From positions 1-64,000 of IMG/VR virus record IMGVR_UViG_3300017963_000201: DNA of 64,000 bases. One strand, written 5' to 3'. Both the position numbers and the translations under genes were made by a program. Every line of letters begins with the position of its first letter. Position 1 is the first letter of the stretch. Of the stretch, positions 46,841 to 57,493 are shown piece by piece. The DNA is from a virus. A model generated the notes under the pieces. That model was not told where the DNA came from. It made no database searches and worked only from the letters and a program-made list of their open reading frames with translations.

Positions 46841-49618
46841 TGCGCCCATAGTACACATTGGAATTGCTAGAGTATGCGTATCAACCCCATCATAATACCT
46901 AACAATAACTGCTGCGTGTAAAGCCCCCGTCCCGGTTACTGAACACCGATCAAATGCTAAGGACCCAGAACCAAACTCAGCCATAATATTATCCCCTATG
47001 CCTAAGTTTACAAAAAGACCTGCTGTATCCGCATCAGCTCCGTACACACCAACACCATTACCGATTCCCCATACACCCGTAGATGCTGCACCTATAACCC
47101 CATAAACGTCCCCATTGCCCCGAACTCCAATACTGTCCCCTTCCCCATAGATACCCGTAATCGCTGTAGCCACAATACCCGTAGCATTAGCTGCTGTAGC
47201 AGCCGCATCAGTGCAAGCAAAAAAACCGGCTGTATTTGTTATAGCTTCGCCGTATAGTCCCGTTTCGGTTTTTGCCGTAAAAGAACCGCCGTAATTAGCA
47301 GCTTTGCCGCAGACCCCCACATCCCCAAATGCTGTACCAAAAACACCTGAATTAGTAGCAGCACTACCATATACCCCAAAATTTTTACCCCGACCATATA
47401 CGCCAAAATCCTCGTCCGCAGTCCCATAAACTCCAAAATCATTTTTTGCTGAACCGTAAACTCCATAATCAGAGTCGGCTATGCCTTTAACACCCGCATT
47501 ATTTTTCGCTGACCCAAATACCCCAGAGTTGGTAGCTGCAATTCCATATACGCCTTCATTAGGTGCTGATCCGTAAATTCCGGTTGCCGTAGCTGCAATC
47601 CCACAAACAGCGGTATTTGGGGCTGAACCGTAAACCCCATAAACATTATCAGCTTCTCCATAAACCCCATAGTCATTAGTCGCTGAACCATAAACCCCAT
47701 AATCATTATCGGCTTCCGCATAAACTCCGTAGTCGCTGGCTTTAAAATAACCACCGTAAGATCCGGCAGCGGTTCCTTGAACCGCTACATCCCCAGTTTT
47801 CACTTCACCATAAATAGCCGATCCACTCTCGGCTGTAGCAATAAAAGCGTTAGACTCAACTGCGACTCTAAGTTGATTTCTAAAAGCCTTTGTGTGATAA
47901 CCATCCTCGTCGTGTTCTTGCTCTAGTATTGGTCTAGTATCCGAAGTAGTAAATCTTCTAATATCTCTTAGATTAGATAAAAGTTCTGTAGTATCTCTCC
48001 AATGCACAATAGCTAATTTTAGTAAGCTATCCTCGGGGTAATCAGTTTCATCCATATCAATTGTAACCGTACTATTGTTTGCAGCCCCTAACGCACCTGT
48101 GATATTAACAATAATCCAATTATCCGTATCACTAGAAAATAATTTGTAATAACCGCTTGGGTTCGACCCAGTTGCGAACGTAGTTCCTGCTACATGTACC
48201 TCATCCCCAGCAGCCCCATCTCCAGGGGCCTGCCAAGTTAAAGTCTCAGTGGTATCATCCCAAGTTATAGTTCCATTGCCAGCGGTCTTATTTCTAATAT
48301 CTATTAGCTCAATGTCTGAATCCCAAAATGGCTGTGCAGCATCTCTACCCGCAACAAGTAGTTTTTGCGGGGCACCAGAACTATCTAAGTATATTAAATA
48401 ATCACCACTATCAGGTATCGGTACTATATCAAATGCAACCGAACCGTTACTGCCAACATTAACTCCTGTTATATTCTCATACGTAACACCATCGATTAGA
48501 AAAGAATTCTTAAAACCACCGTTGTTATTTATTAATATTTGATCATTAACGGCATCGATTTGACACTGAAGCTGTGTAGAATCCGCATCGTTTGAGATAC
48601 CGTTTATATGAAATAGATCTTGGTGATCAAAACCACCCCCGGATATGTCATCTAGACTTAATCCATGTGGGTTATTAGTGCTTAAAGTCCCGCTCCCAAC
48701 CATATCTCTGTGCTCTTGATCAATAGCGCATGCCATCGGTATATCCCGACCGTATAAAGATGTAATCTCTACGGTATCGGTAACGTTTGCTGCAGGAAGC
48801 GATGTAAATACAACAGCTATAATAATATAATAGGATGTATTGTTTGAGTAGACAGTATAAGTGCCAGACGAAGGGGCAGCCGTTCCAGATCCCTCGGCAT
48901 CACCGGGGGCAGTAAAATATATTGTATTTGTAGCAGATACATATCTTAAAGTTGCCGTACCTATAGGCGTTTCGTCAGAACAAGAATTTACGGTAACACC
49001 CGTTAAAGTATCAGGGTCCGAAGATACGGGGTGGGTTTTTGGTTGAATAAACTGATCAATACTAGCCGATGTCAAAGCATTGCCAGCGCCGTTAGCTGTA
49101 ACAATTGCAACCAATATTAAGTTTGATAATTCTACCGTACTAAAAGCCGCAAACTGAATCCTTGTATATACTTGTACACTAAATGTTTCGGATATAATAG
49201 TGTTATGAGAAGTAAGTGGATAAAACCTTTGGGCCAAAGGGGTACTTGAAGATTCGTCGTACTCCAAGCAAATATAGTTTTTTGTCCCGTTGGAATAATC
49301 AGCTAAAGCAACACCCGTAGCAGTAGGGGTATATCCCGGAGTACCAGATCCTGCATCAGTCAAGGTAGAGATACGTTCCCCAGATCCCGTATCACGAACA
49401 TTAACATCCGGATAAAACCCTCCTGTATACCCATCACCCGGACCTATATCTATCTTAGTTGTGTTACCCGAATTGACCGTAACACGGAAACCAGTTCTAA
49501 TACCGAATTGATTGTTTGAGCGCATTCGGTACAGAATTGCTCTAATCTTAGAGTCCTCAGTGTTGTTTAGCTGCGTCTGAGATGGCTTCGTATGATTAAA
49601 ATATTCTGTGCGTTCCAT
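46835..49618 (-). CDS. Tail fibre-like structural protein with GVYG repeats
   Basis: N-terminal phage structural-type domains; C-terminal 10-11 aa GVYG/GVFG repeats; lies in the baseplate operon. Confidence 0.7.
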   Translation of the reverse strand: MERTEYFNHTKPSQTQLNNTEDSKIRAILYRMRSNNQFGIRTGFRVTVNSGNTTKIDIGPGDGYTGGFYPDVNVRDTGSGERISTLTDAGSGTPGYTPTATGVALADYSNGTKNYICLEYDESSSTPLAQRFYPLTSHNTIISETFSVQVYTRIQFAAFSTVELSNLILVAIVTANGAGNALTSASIDQFIQPKTHPVSSDPDTLTGVTVNSCSDETPIGTATLRYVSATNTIYFTAPGDAEGSGTAAPSSGTYTVYSNNTSYYIIIAVVFTSLPAANVTDTVEITSLYGRDIPMACAIDQEHRDMVGSGTLSTNNPHGLSLDDISGGGFDHQDLFHINGISNDADSTQLQCQIDAVNDQILINNNGGFKNSFLIDGVTYENITGVNVGSNGSVAFDIVPIPDSGDYLIYLDSSGAPQKLLVAGRDAAQPFWDSDIELIDIRNKTAGNGTITWDDTTETLTWQAPGDGAAGDEVHVAGTTFATGSNPSGYYKLFSSDTDNWIIVNITGALGAANNSTVTIDMDETDYPEDSLLKLAIVHWRDTTELLSNLRDIRRFTTSDTRPILEQEHDEDGYHTKAFRNQLRVAVESNAFIATAESGSAIYGEVKTGDVAVQGTAAGSYGGYFKASDYGVYAEADNDYGVYGSATNDYGVYGEADNVYGVYGSAPNTAVCGIAATATGIYGSAPNEGVYGIAATNSGVFGSAKNNAGVKGIADSDYGVYGSAKNDFGVYGTADEDFGVYGRGKNFGVYGSAATNSGVFGTAFGDVGVCGKAANYGGSFTAKTETGLYGEAITNTAGFFACTDAAATAANATGIVATAITGIYGEGDSIGVRGNGDVYGVIGAASTGVWGIGNGVGVYGADADTAGLFVNLGIGDNIMAEFGSGSLAFDRCSVTGTGALHAAVIVRYYDGVDTHTLAIPMCTMGAL
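47030..47830 (-). repeat. Imperfect 30-33 bp tandem repeats encoding (D/N)YGVYG(S/E)A units
   Basis: Recurrent ccataaacccc / ccgtaaac units on the + strand. Confidence 0.8.
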
Positions 49619-49627
49619 GGATCACTC

Positions 49628-51283
49628 CTAAGGCTGTCTCTGGGTCCAATCCCTGCTACAATAGTACGGTCTGAAGCATAAGCCTATAAACTCATAATCT
49701 ATACGTCTTAATAGATCTACTACCGTTAGTTTAATCTGAATATACGTAGAAGTTAAAGTAATGACTTCCCCAATCGGGTATGTTACCTCCGTCCAACCAC
49801 TCATCGAACTAAGATCTTCACCTTGTCTGTAATAAATCTTACGTGTAATATTTTCGGAGTATACACGATCCAATACCGATAATTCAACATCCCCTGAAGC
49901 CGAAGCAGTAGCTGTAGTAGTTGCGACCATAAGAAGGGGGGTATGTAAACTTGCATCTTGATCAATATCGTGTACATCTATATTAAAGTCTTCGTTATAA
50001 CGCATATTGCTTAGGAGACAATTCTCAAAACCATTCCACCGCTCAGTAAAGAGATAATAATTTGGGGGTTGGGGCTCATGATGCAAAACCCAGTAAACCG
50101 GAGCTATGTCAGCAACCGAACTCATAACGTTGTTGTAACACTCTCCCGAAGCATTAGTGGACAGAGTAGAAAGACCTAATACGTCTATAGCAATCCCGTA
50201 TTTTTGATCTTCCATACCTAACAGATAATTATCATAATCAACATCGGATACGGATATGATCCACCCATCTTCATAATCTTCGAGCCTTTTGAAAAAACTT
50301 GGGAATAAATTATACCCACCTATGGCATTGTTATATGCCGTCAAAGTCCCCACATTCTGACTAGCATACCACATATCCATAACTCGTTTATTAAACTTTG
50401 TGCCACTTGCAAAATAAGCATACATGGGCCAAAGCTCAGAAAAACGGGTCACAGAGGTTGCCGTTTTTATATAATAGTTGGCCTCCATACTCTTTTCAGC
50501 CAGATCACTATTAACGATACCTCGGCTTTGCATTGCTTTAATAAATGAGGTTTCCCCAGAATAAGGATCTTGTACATTCCAAAAATCGTTATCTATAAGC
50601 TCGTAGTGATAATCTTTCTTTGCTGTCTCTTCGTCAGTAACCTCACTTTGAATTCCCCCAATAGATGGGTATGTATCTTCAGTAGGATTTGCCGTTCCCG
50701 TGTTTACTAATATTGATATATGGTCTGGAGTAAGATCATCGTTTTCCTCATCCATATAAACAATCTGTTCATTGTCTACAGTTGATCCTTCGTTGAAGGC
50801 CCCTCCAGTATACAATGATCCAAGGTTATAATACTTAACATAGTCAGCCGTAACTGTTGTCCCTGCTCCCAAAGTAAACCCTACCGCTGTGACGTAGTAT
50901 CTAGTATTTGGGTATGCCGACAATGCTATATTGTAGAATTCCCCAGATACATTAGTTACAATACACTGCATACAGTTATGGGCTGTTAGGTTATAGACTT
51001 TCAAAGTTGTTATCGAATCAAAGTAGAATCCACGATCACATCGACTAGCAACATTATAAAAAGGAAAAACGTCTGTACAATTTGAAAACTCAAAACCAGT
51101 GCTTTGTGTCTTAGCCTTTAATCTTATGCACTTATTATCTTTTGCTCTAACAGTATCTGCATGTGTAACTTTAATTCCAGTAATAGTGCCCCCATAAATA
51201 TCCGATACTACATTCCCACGGACAGAGGTAGTACGGGACGCTATAACATTCACATTGTCTGGGTAAAAAGTAGGTACTGTCAT
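49628..51283 (-). CDS. Baseplate/tail-associated protein with N-terminal beta-helix-like region
   Basis: Position downstream of baseplate J; beta-helix-like repeats at the N-terminus. Confidence 0.5.
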   Translation of the reverse strand: MTVPTFYPDNVNVIASRTTSVRGNVVSDIYGGTITGIKVTHADTVRAKDNKCIRLKAKTQSTGFEFSNCTDVFPFYNVASRCDRGFYFDSITTLKVYNLTAHNCMQCIVTNVSGEFYNIALSAYPNTRYYVTAVGFTLGAGTTVTADYVKYYNLGSLYTGGAFNEGSTVDNEQIVYMDEENDDLTPDHISILVNTGTANPTEDTYPSIGGIQSEVTDEETAKKDYHYELIDNDFWNVQDPYSGETSFIKAMQSRGIVNSDLAEKSMEANYYIKTATSVTRFSELWPMYAYFASGTKFNKRVMDMWYASQNVGTLTAYNNAIGGYNLFPSFFKRLEDYEDGWIISVSDVDYDNYLLGMEDQKYGIAIDVLGLSTLSTNASGECYNNVMSSVADIAPVYWVLHHEPQPPNYYLFTERWNGFENCLLSNMRYNEDFNIDVHDIDQDASLHTPLLMVATTTATASASGDVELSVLDRVYSENITRKIYYRQGEDLSSMSGWTEVTYPIGEVITLTSTYIQIKLTVVDLLRRIDYEFIGLCFRPYYCSRDWTQRQP

Positions 51284-51284
51284 T

Positions 51285-52625
51285 TTATGGCCCATTCAAG
51301 ATAGGGGTTCCAACAACATTCCAAATATAAGGGGCATTCGTTCCACTACTTATCTCTGATTCGTAAGTGGCTCCAACGGCTTTGTGAAAGTCTACATAAC
51401 ACATTGGACTAAAATCCCAGGGTTTTGCGGTTCCATTGTACAAAGCATTTAAATTAGCGTCCGATAATTGACTATTGTAAAAGGCTGCCCAATATAAATG
51501 ACCTTTGAAGTAATTAATGGTCATAGGTGCTTCATCAATAACTTCCCCAGCAAGGTAAACATCAATGCCCGCATTTTGTTGTGGAGGCCAAGGTAAAATT
51601 AAACTAGACTTCTTATCTTGCCCTATTACAGAATTAATCTGATATAAATACTCTTCGTTATTAGCTGCCCCCACATGATTAACTGTCATAGCATACAGAG
51701 TTGTCGTTCCTGCTGGATTAATCAAACTAGTAAGTGGGTAATCAAAATTGTTATTTCCTGTGAATTGGCATAATCTATGCCTAAGATCCCAAACTCTATC
51801 CCCAACAGCAGCACCATAACGTTTATTTGCTAAACAAGAATCCCCAGCGGCATTATCTTTGTTGGCAAGCATAACAATGGAAAAACTGTCTGCGGGTAAC
51901 CAGTCTTGCTCCATACTACCGTTACCAAGAATTAAGTAAGCATCAACCCCATTGAAATACCACCACGAAGCTGTAGGATCAGCTTCGTATGGTTGTATGG
52001 CTGGAGTATTCCCTCCTGGTGTTACATCTCCTGGCACAAACCCGATCTCTATTGGAACAACATCGCAGTTGCTTGTTCCACTCAACTCTAGTACAGAACA
52101 GTCTATAACATCGAATCCAGAAGTCTTTATTCCCCTAAGAGTATCACCACCACAAATAATATCGGAGACACTACAATTTTCTATCCGACCTAAAGATCCA
52201 AAAGCATAGATCCCATAGGCATTACCGCTAGGGACATCAAATCCAGTTACGTTAACGGTATAGCACAGGAATTTATCAACGTCCTCTGCGTATAGCCCGA
52301 TAAAGCTATTATTAGTATTAGATGCCTGTAATATATTTATTCCCTGTACATGAAACCTTGGAGAATTAATTATTGCGATAACAGCCTGATGCTTTTCTGT
52401 TTTGATTGGTTGTATAGTAACCGTATCTTTATTTTCTGCAAAAATAGATCCTTCTAACCCAGAGATTACTAAAGAATCTGTTGGGATATATTTACCGTCA
52501 AGGATTCTTATCTGATCCCCACTTGAAAAGTTGTCAATTGCTTTTTCTAAAGTAGCATAGGGCAGATCTCTAGATCCGTTTCCTGTTGTGTCACTGCCAG
52601 AAGTTGATACCCAAATAATTGTCAT
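51285..52625 (-). CDS. Virion protein: pectin-lyase-like beta-helix N-terminus plus one LamG/ConA-like domain
   Basis: IWVSTSGSDTTGNGS..LPYATLEKA; WYFNGVDAY...YFKGHLYWAAFYNSQLS. Confidence 0.65.
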   Translation of the reverse strand: MTIIWVSTSGSDTTGNGSRDLPYATLEKAIDNFSSGDQIRILDGKYIPTDSLVISGLEGSIFAENKDTVTIQPIKTEKHQAVIAIINSPRFHVQGINILQASNTNNSFIGLYAEDVDKFLCYTVNVTGFDVPSGNAYGIYAFGSLGRIENCSVSDIICGGDTLRGIKTSGFDVIDCSVLELSGTSNCDVVPIEIGFVPGDVTPGGNTPAIQPYEADPTASWWYFNGVDAYLILGNGSMEQDWLPADSFSIVMLANKDNAAGDSCLANKRYGAAVGDRVWDLRHRLCQFTGNNNFDYPLTSLINPAGTTTLYAMTVNHVGAANNEEYLYQINSVIGQDKKSSLILPWPPQQNAGIDVYLAGEVIDEAPMTINYFKGHLYWAAFYNSQLSDANLNALYNGTAKPWDFSPMCYVDFHKAVGATYESEISSGTNAPYIWNVVGTPILNGP

Positions 52626-54784
52626 CCTGGTATACCGTTGGTCCAATCGTATTGCGTGATTCCACCACTCGAAACAAAATTATAGTTGCCTATCTCAGAC
52701 ACGTAGTTTGCGCCCGCTGCTTTGTCGAAATAGATTGCCATAAGTGGATTCGTGTCTGCTATGCTTACAGCACCGCACCTAAGATTTTCAACTTCTGTGG
52801 GTGTCAAACACCTTTGCCAATACGCAACCCAATAAAAATGCGCCCTGGTGCTTGCACCCGCATGCGCTTTATTGATGCACAGATCGCTCGGCGATCCAAC
52901 GAACACGGGACCGCAAGCATCACTTCTGCTGACGACCGATTTGTTATAGTATAAATGCATTTCGTTGTTCAGGGCACCGCCATTATAGTGATATGTTCCA
53001 CACAAAAAACTGATGGGGTGCCAATATCTCGGAGATCCTTGGCAGTTGTACACCGTTATTCCGAGTTCCCCATTCACAGGATCGTAAGCACCTGTATCCG
53101 TCACCCAAAATCGAAAATCAACATGATCAATACTGCCATCATCATATTGCCCCAAAGACCATGAACGTTGCCCTACTCCCGCGCCTCCAGTGTTCCACTT
53201 TGAAAAGAAATGTTTGTATCCCACCGCTGCTGGATTTACAATCGCTGAGAATGCTGCAACAGAAAAATCGTGCCCGTTGTTTGCTGGATTGAAGTCATCA
53301 GCTTGGGCATCAGGCAAAGTATAATCAGTGCCATCAGGTAAATAATGGTTGTGCTGCACCCATTCGCCTCTATGCCTTGCAAGCTCATGATCGGGGTTGC
53401 CAACGATCTGTGTCTTGGTCAATATATATGGCGCAGCAGAACCCGTGCCTATCTCTGTTTGATAATTCATGGCTCCCGTGCTGTTTTCATACTTGGAGAA
53501 GTCAATATACATTTGCGGACTGGCGTTGTATGGCATCACAACGCCATCTTTCAAATTTTCAATCTCTGTATCTGTCAAAGCACGCGGCCAAAAAGCCAAC
53601 CAAAAATACTTTGAATAAAAACACTCATTGCCAGTATTATCAAACGCACCTATCAACAAAGGATAGCTTCTAGTCGATATCAACCACGCTGAATTATTTG
53701 TATACGTATCAGTGTTGATCCAAAACTTCATCAGAGAAGAACCTTGACCAACCGCTGTATATCTCCCACACACGAAAAATAATTTCTCTCTGAATAGATC
53801 GGTGCTAGGACCTGCGACGGTATCACCGAAACCAGCGCGACCAATTTTAAACTTGAAAGCTGGCGAAGTAGAATATTTTTCTATGGCCCACTCTACGCCT
53901 GCACCGCCGAATTGGCGTTTGCCGATCATAGTTTCTGTGTATATCGAACTTCTTAGTTGACAGTTGGGCATGATCACGCCCATCACGGTAAAATCACCAC
54001 CCCATTCTGCTGGAGAAAAATCAGACATCACAGGATCGCCAGCAGCGACGGTCAAGTAACCACCACGATTATTTATCGACGGTGCGAACCGATCAAACTG
54101 CCAATAGTAAAAATACGGATCATAATAAGTAGGACCAGGACTAGGACCAGGACTAGGACCAGGGCCAGGTGGTGTATAAGGACCAATCTCTACAGGAACA
54201 ACCGTACAATTCCCTGCCCCACTTAAGTTTCTAACACTACAATCTATAATATCAAGACCCCCAGATGCCCCGCTACTAGCCGTAAAAATACCCTTAAGAT
54301 TATTTCCACCACATACTAAATCTTCTACCTGACATTGTTCAATTCGACCTAAACCACCATGAGCCAAAATTCCATAAACATCACCGCTAGGTGATGTAAA
54401 ATCAGAGATAAAACAAGTAGAGCATAAAAAATTTTCTACATTTTCAGCGTAGATTCCCATTAAGTTATTGTTAGAGTCTATAGCCTGAATTACATTTATA
54501 CCCTGAATAGAAAATCGATTACTAGAAGCAATCTTTATACAAGCTGTGCTTGTAGTTGTTTTTCTTGGTCGGATAGTTGCCCCACCCGGGTTTTCTGAAA
54601 ATAAAGATCCTTCTTTGTTAGAAATTACTAAAGAGTCAGATGGGTAATAAACCCCATCTAATAGTCTAATTTGATCTCCGTTTTCAAAAACAGTTAATGC
54701 CTTATCCAAAGTTGCATAGGGTAAATCTTTACTACCATCCCCTGTTGTATCGCTGCCTGTTGTAGCAACCCAAATAATTTTCAT
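52622..54784 (-). CDS. Virion protein: same beta-helix N-terminus, PGPS linker, two LamG/ConA-like domains
   Basis: IWVATTGSDTTGDGS..LPYATLDKA; FWPRALTDTEI and YWQRCLTPTEV LamG-like ends. Confidence 0.65.
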   Translation of the reverse strand: MKIIWVATTGSDTTGDGSKDLPYATLDKALTVFENGDQIRLLDGVYYPSDSLVISNKEGSLFSENPGGATIRPRKTTTSTACIKIASSNRFSIQGINVIQAIDSNNNLMGIYAENVENFLCSTCFISDFTSPSGDVYGILAHGGLGRIEQCQVEDLVCGGNNLKGIFTASSGASGGLDIIDCSVRNLSGAGNCTVVPVEIGPYTPPGPGPSPGPSPGPTYYDPYFYYWQFDRFAPSINNRGGYLTVAAGDPVMSDFSPAEWGGDFTVMGVIMPNCQLRSSIYTETMIGKRQFGGAGVEWAIEKYSTSPAFKFKIGRAGFGDTVAGPSTDLFREKLFFVCGRYTAVGQGSSLMKFWINTDTYTNNSAWLISTRSYPLLIGAFDNTGNECFYSKYFWLAFWPRALTDTEIENLKDGVVMPYNASPQMYIDFSKYENSTGAMNYQTEIGTGSAAPYILTKTQIVGNPDHELARHRGEWVQHNHYLPDGTDYTLPDAQADDFNPANNGHDFSVAAFSAIVNPAAVGYKHFFSKWNTGGAGVGQRSWSLGQYDDGSIDHVDFRFWVTDTGAYDPVNGELGITVYNCQGSPRYWHPISFLCGTYHYNGGALNNEMHLYYNKSVVSRSDACGPVFVGSPSDLCINKAHAGASTRAHFYWVAYWQRCLTPTEVENLRCGAVSIADTNPLMAIYFDKAAGANYVSEIGNYNFVSSGGITQYDWTNGIPG
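54131..54170 (-). repeat. 12 bp tandem repeat encoding a Pro-Gly-Pro-Ser linker
   Basis: (aggaccaggact)n on the + strand. Confidence 0.85.
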
Positions 54785-56196
54785 ATTAACGTGGCACTCC
54801 CATACAGAGCATATTCTTTATTTGATACCGTAATAACCTCACTTACAGGACTTCTTTGTGTACCCGAAGAATCTTGAAGGTAGTAGCTACTCAATACTAC
54901 AGCATCTACCTCTGTAACCGTATAATCGCCATACCCGTTTTGTAAAACAACTATAAGATCTGACTTTTGAATAGCATCACCTAATCGATATGTAGCCATG
55001 AATTGCCCAAGAGCATTCTTAATCCTATTTCTTGTTGTAGGCCCATCGGCATTCGATTTTAATGTTAGAGTAGCATTCAGATAGAGATAAAGGGGTATTG
55101 CTCTTTTTACCAATGGATCCGCCGTAAGAACATTATTCGCATTGAGATCCAAAGTTCCTTGAACTTGCCTTACTAAAGACGCATAGTTATAGGTTACAGT
55201 CATAACCTCCCCTGCCGACATATTAGCAGAATGATCTATAACTATATAATCTTGTGCATAGATACTCCTTCTTAATCCCGTTGTGTTATCTATATAAGCG
55301 CTGTATTGTGAGCTACTCAAAGTACCAACTATTGATCCTACAACCCCTGTGACTGCAATTACTGGTCTTTGGGTAAGGTAATATCTTGTTTGAGCAGGAT
55401 CGTAGGTCATGGTTTCGGTATAGGCAGTAGAAGATGTATTAATTACAAAAACGTCAATCCCAGTAGCCCTTTCAGCATCGGCATCCTCCACACGCACTGG
55501 GTATGCATCAAGAAAACCAGCAGTACGCATATACTCTTGAAGCCCACTAACTGTATTTAGGTCTCTTCCGGTCTTAGCTTTTTTGATTCTTTCGCCCAAA
55601 TCGTCATCGGATTCTGAATCAGAACCACCAGTAGCAGCGGTAAGATTAGTAACCCCAGAAATACCAGATATGGTACTAGACAATTTGGTAATCAGATTTG
55701 AAGCTACGTTACCAATACTTCCAATAGTTGTAGCAATAGCTGTAACCGGAAATTCATAACGATCTCTGTCGTAGTTATAGTACGATTCAAAATCGCTTAA
55801 AGAAAATCGACTTTCAGCAACGGTAGAAAAAACAACAGGCGATACGAAAGAAGTCCCTGCAGTGGTCGCCTGCGTATTTCCGGGTATCACAACATCAGAG
55901 GTCGGTGCTGTAGTGGTATAAAATGTTAAAGTGGCTGCAGCATAGTTTCCAGGTAATCTTTCTAGGTTATAATTTGTAGCCTCTTGATCTAAGTTTGTTC
56001 CAGTTAATTTTGACAGTATACCCAAATCTCTTGCAATAGCTACCTGATCCATTACAGCAGCAATGCCTATGGAATACGGCAACAAAAGAAGATCCTTGGC
56101 CAAACTATTATCACTAGTATCTAAGCTATTGTTGTATGCTTTCAAAAATGCACGGAACTCAGAAAGCAAAGTATCTTTAGATTTAATATCGACCAT
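54781..56196 (-). CDS. Baseplate J / gp6-like wedge protein
   Basis: LTGTNLD...NYNLERLPG, GSIGNV, VTNLTAATGGSDSESDDDL.ERI. Confidence 0.9.
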   Translation of the reverse strand: MVDIKSKDTLLSEFRAFLKAYNNSLDTSDNSLAKDLLLLPYSIGIAAVMDQVAIARDLGILSKLTGTNLDQEATNYNLERLPGNYAAATLTFYTTTAPTSDVVIPGNTQATTAGTSFVSPVVFSTVAESRFSLSDFESYYNYDRDRYEFPVTAIATTIGSIGNVASNLITKLSSTISGISGVTNLTAATGGSDSESDDDLGERIKKAKTGRDLNTVSGLQEYMRTAGFLDAYPVRVEDADAERATGIDVFVINTSSTAYTETMTYDPAQTRYYLTQRPVIAVTGVVGSIVGTLSSSQYSAYIDNTTGLRRSIYAQDYIVIDHSANMSAGEVMTVTYNYASLVRQVQGTLDLNANNVLTADPLVKRAIPLYLYLNATLTLKSNADGPTTRNRIKNALGQFMATYRLGDAIQKSDLIVVLQNGYGDYTVTEVDAVVLSSYYLQDSSGTQRSPVSEVITVSNKEYALYGSATLI

Positions 56197-56930
56197 TACG
56201 CCCTCAAATTGGATGCCATTAATCTATAGGCGGTTAAGTTGTTTTTATTCCCTAAATGGTCTTCTACTGTAAACTCTACAGTGTATTTTCTAGGATCTGT
56301 TTTACTTTGGGTTACGTAAATATTACTAATTTCCTCGGATAATTCGGATGCCTTAAACAATCTATTATAATTTACGTAAAATGTAATATTCTTATTCCCA
56401 GACATTGCAACTACGTCTTGCCCCATAACTGTTCTTTGGTTCGTAGCATTAGAAGAGGGCCTTATCGAGAATTTATCTAAATAACTTGTCTCAAATGTAT
56501 TTCTAAATACTTTGGTTACCCCATATTCATATAAAGTATCATTGAATAAATTATTATCTATGAATCGCCACTTCACGGGATTCTTAGACACTAAAGCATA
56601 AGTACCTCGGGTTCCTGCTGCTCTACGATAAAAGTTAAAACCATTAAAATTTACATCGGTAGTATTTACTTCCTCAACCTGTACCGATCTGAAATTACGA
56701 AATACAGAAGTTAGTAGGGCTGTAAGGCTCCTTTCAAGATTAACTTTTTCATTAATCATATTTCTGGTAATAGTATCTTCGTTTACTACTGCCCGGATAA
56801 GCTGGCTTACTAATTTCTCAGTCCCATCACATGTTACAAGATCTCCTGTTTCTGATATTTGTAAAGTGCATCGCTGATGCACATCCCCCGGCAAATTAAT
56901 CTTAAAATCTGTTTGTACTGGCGTGGTCAT
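56196..56930 (-). CDS. Baseplate wedge (gp25-like) protein with inserted FN3-like segment
   Basis: TGDLVTCDGTEKLVSQLIRA; GFNFYRR...FIDN..YEYGVT; TDPRKYTV; directly upstream of J. Confidence 0.5.
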   Translation of the reverse strand: MTTPVQTDFKINLPGDVHQRCTLQISETGDLVTCDGTEKLVSQLIRAVVNEDTITRNMINEKVNLERSLTALLTSVFRNFRSVQVEEVNTTDVNFNGFNFYRRAAGTRGTYALVSKNPVKWRFIDNNLFNDTLYEYGVTKVFRNTFETSYLDKFSIRPSSNATNQRTVMGQDVVAMSGNKNITFYVNYNRLFKASELSEEISNIYVTQSKTDPRKYTVEFTVEDHLGNKNNLTAYRLMASNLRA

Positions 56931-57385
56931 TCGATACATTGCTCCAAAGCGTCTTTAATGTTTTGCAAAGCATCAATCATCCTATCTATGTAATCTATCT
57001 CTCTATCCTTAGATTCCATAGCTTCTAAGTATTGCTCGGCTTCGTAATACGCTTCGTATACGGCTCCAAATACGTAATTTTTTACTTGCTTTACAATTTT
57101 TGCAAAATTATTTACAGGAGGACAATCAGAAAAAGGTTTTGTATAACCCAATACTATAGAAAAAGGTGCTTCTACCGGAACTAGTACAAGATCCACGGAT
57201 TCGAGTAATAACTCCAATGCTTGCTGTCTAGCCAAATCCTCTAGGTCAACGTTAGCAAGTTGTATAATGACTTTTATAGCGTATAATTGCGCAACAAGGG
57301 CATCTATGAGCCCTACAATGGTAGCCTTTGTCGGACCAAGTAATTTAGCAAAACCACATATACATTTTTCTAAATCATTTGACAC
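56927..57385 (-). CDS. Hypothetical helical virion-associated protein
   Basis: In structural operon. Confidence 0.6.
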   Translation of the reverse strand: MSNDLEKCICGFAKLLGPTKATIVGLIDALVAQLYAIKVIIQLANVDLEDLARQQALELLLESVDLVLVPVEAPFSIVLGYTKPFSDCPPVNNFAKIVKQVKNYVFGAVYEAYYEAEQYLEAMESKDREIDYIDRMIDALQNIKDALEQCIE

Positions 57386-57493
57386 AAAGCACCACCATAT
57401 AAAGTTTCGCGAATCTTAATGTACCATATGGCCAGAATTTTAGTTTAATTATCGTCTGTTTCTTCTTGTATTATGTTTTCAAGGAGGTCATTT

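Noticed and set aside
47030-47830. CRISPR array or DGR variable repeat
   Set aside because: Repeats are in-frame, degenerate and coding; there are no spacers, cas genes or reverse transcriptase in the window
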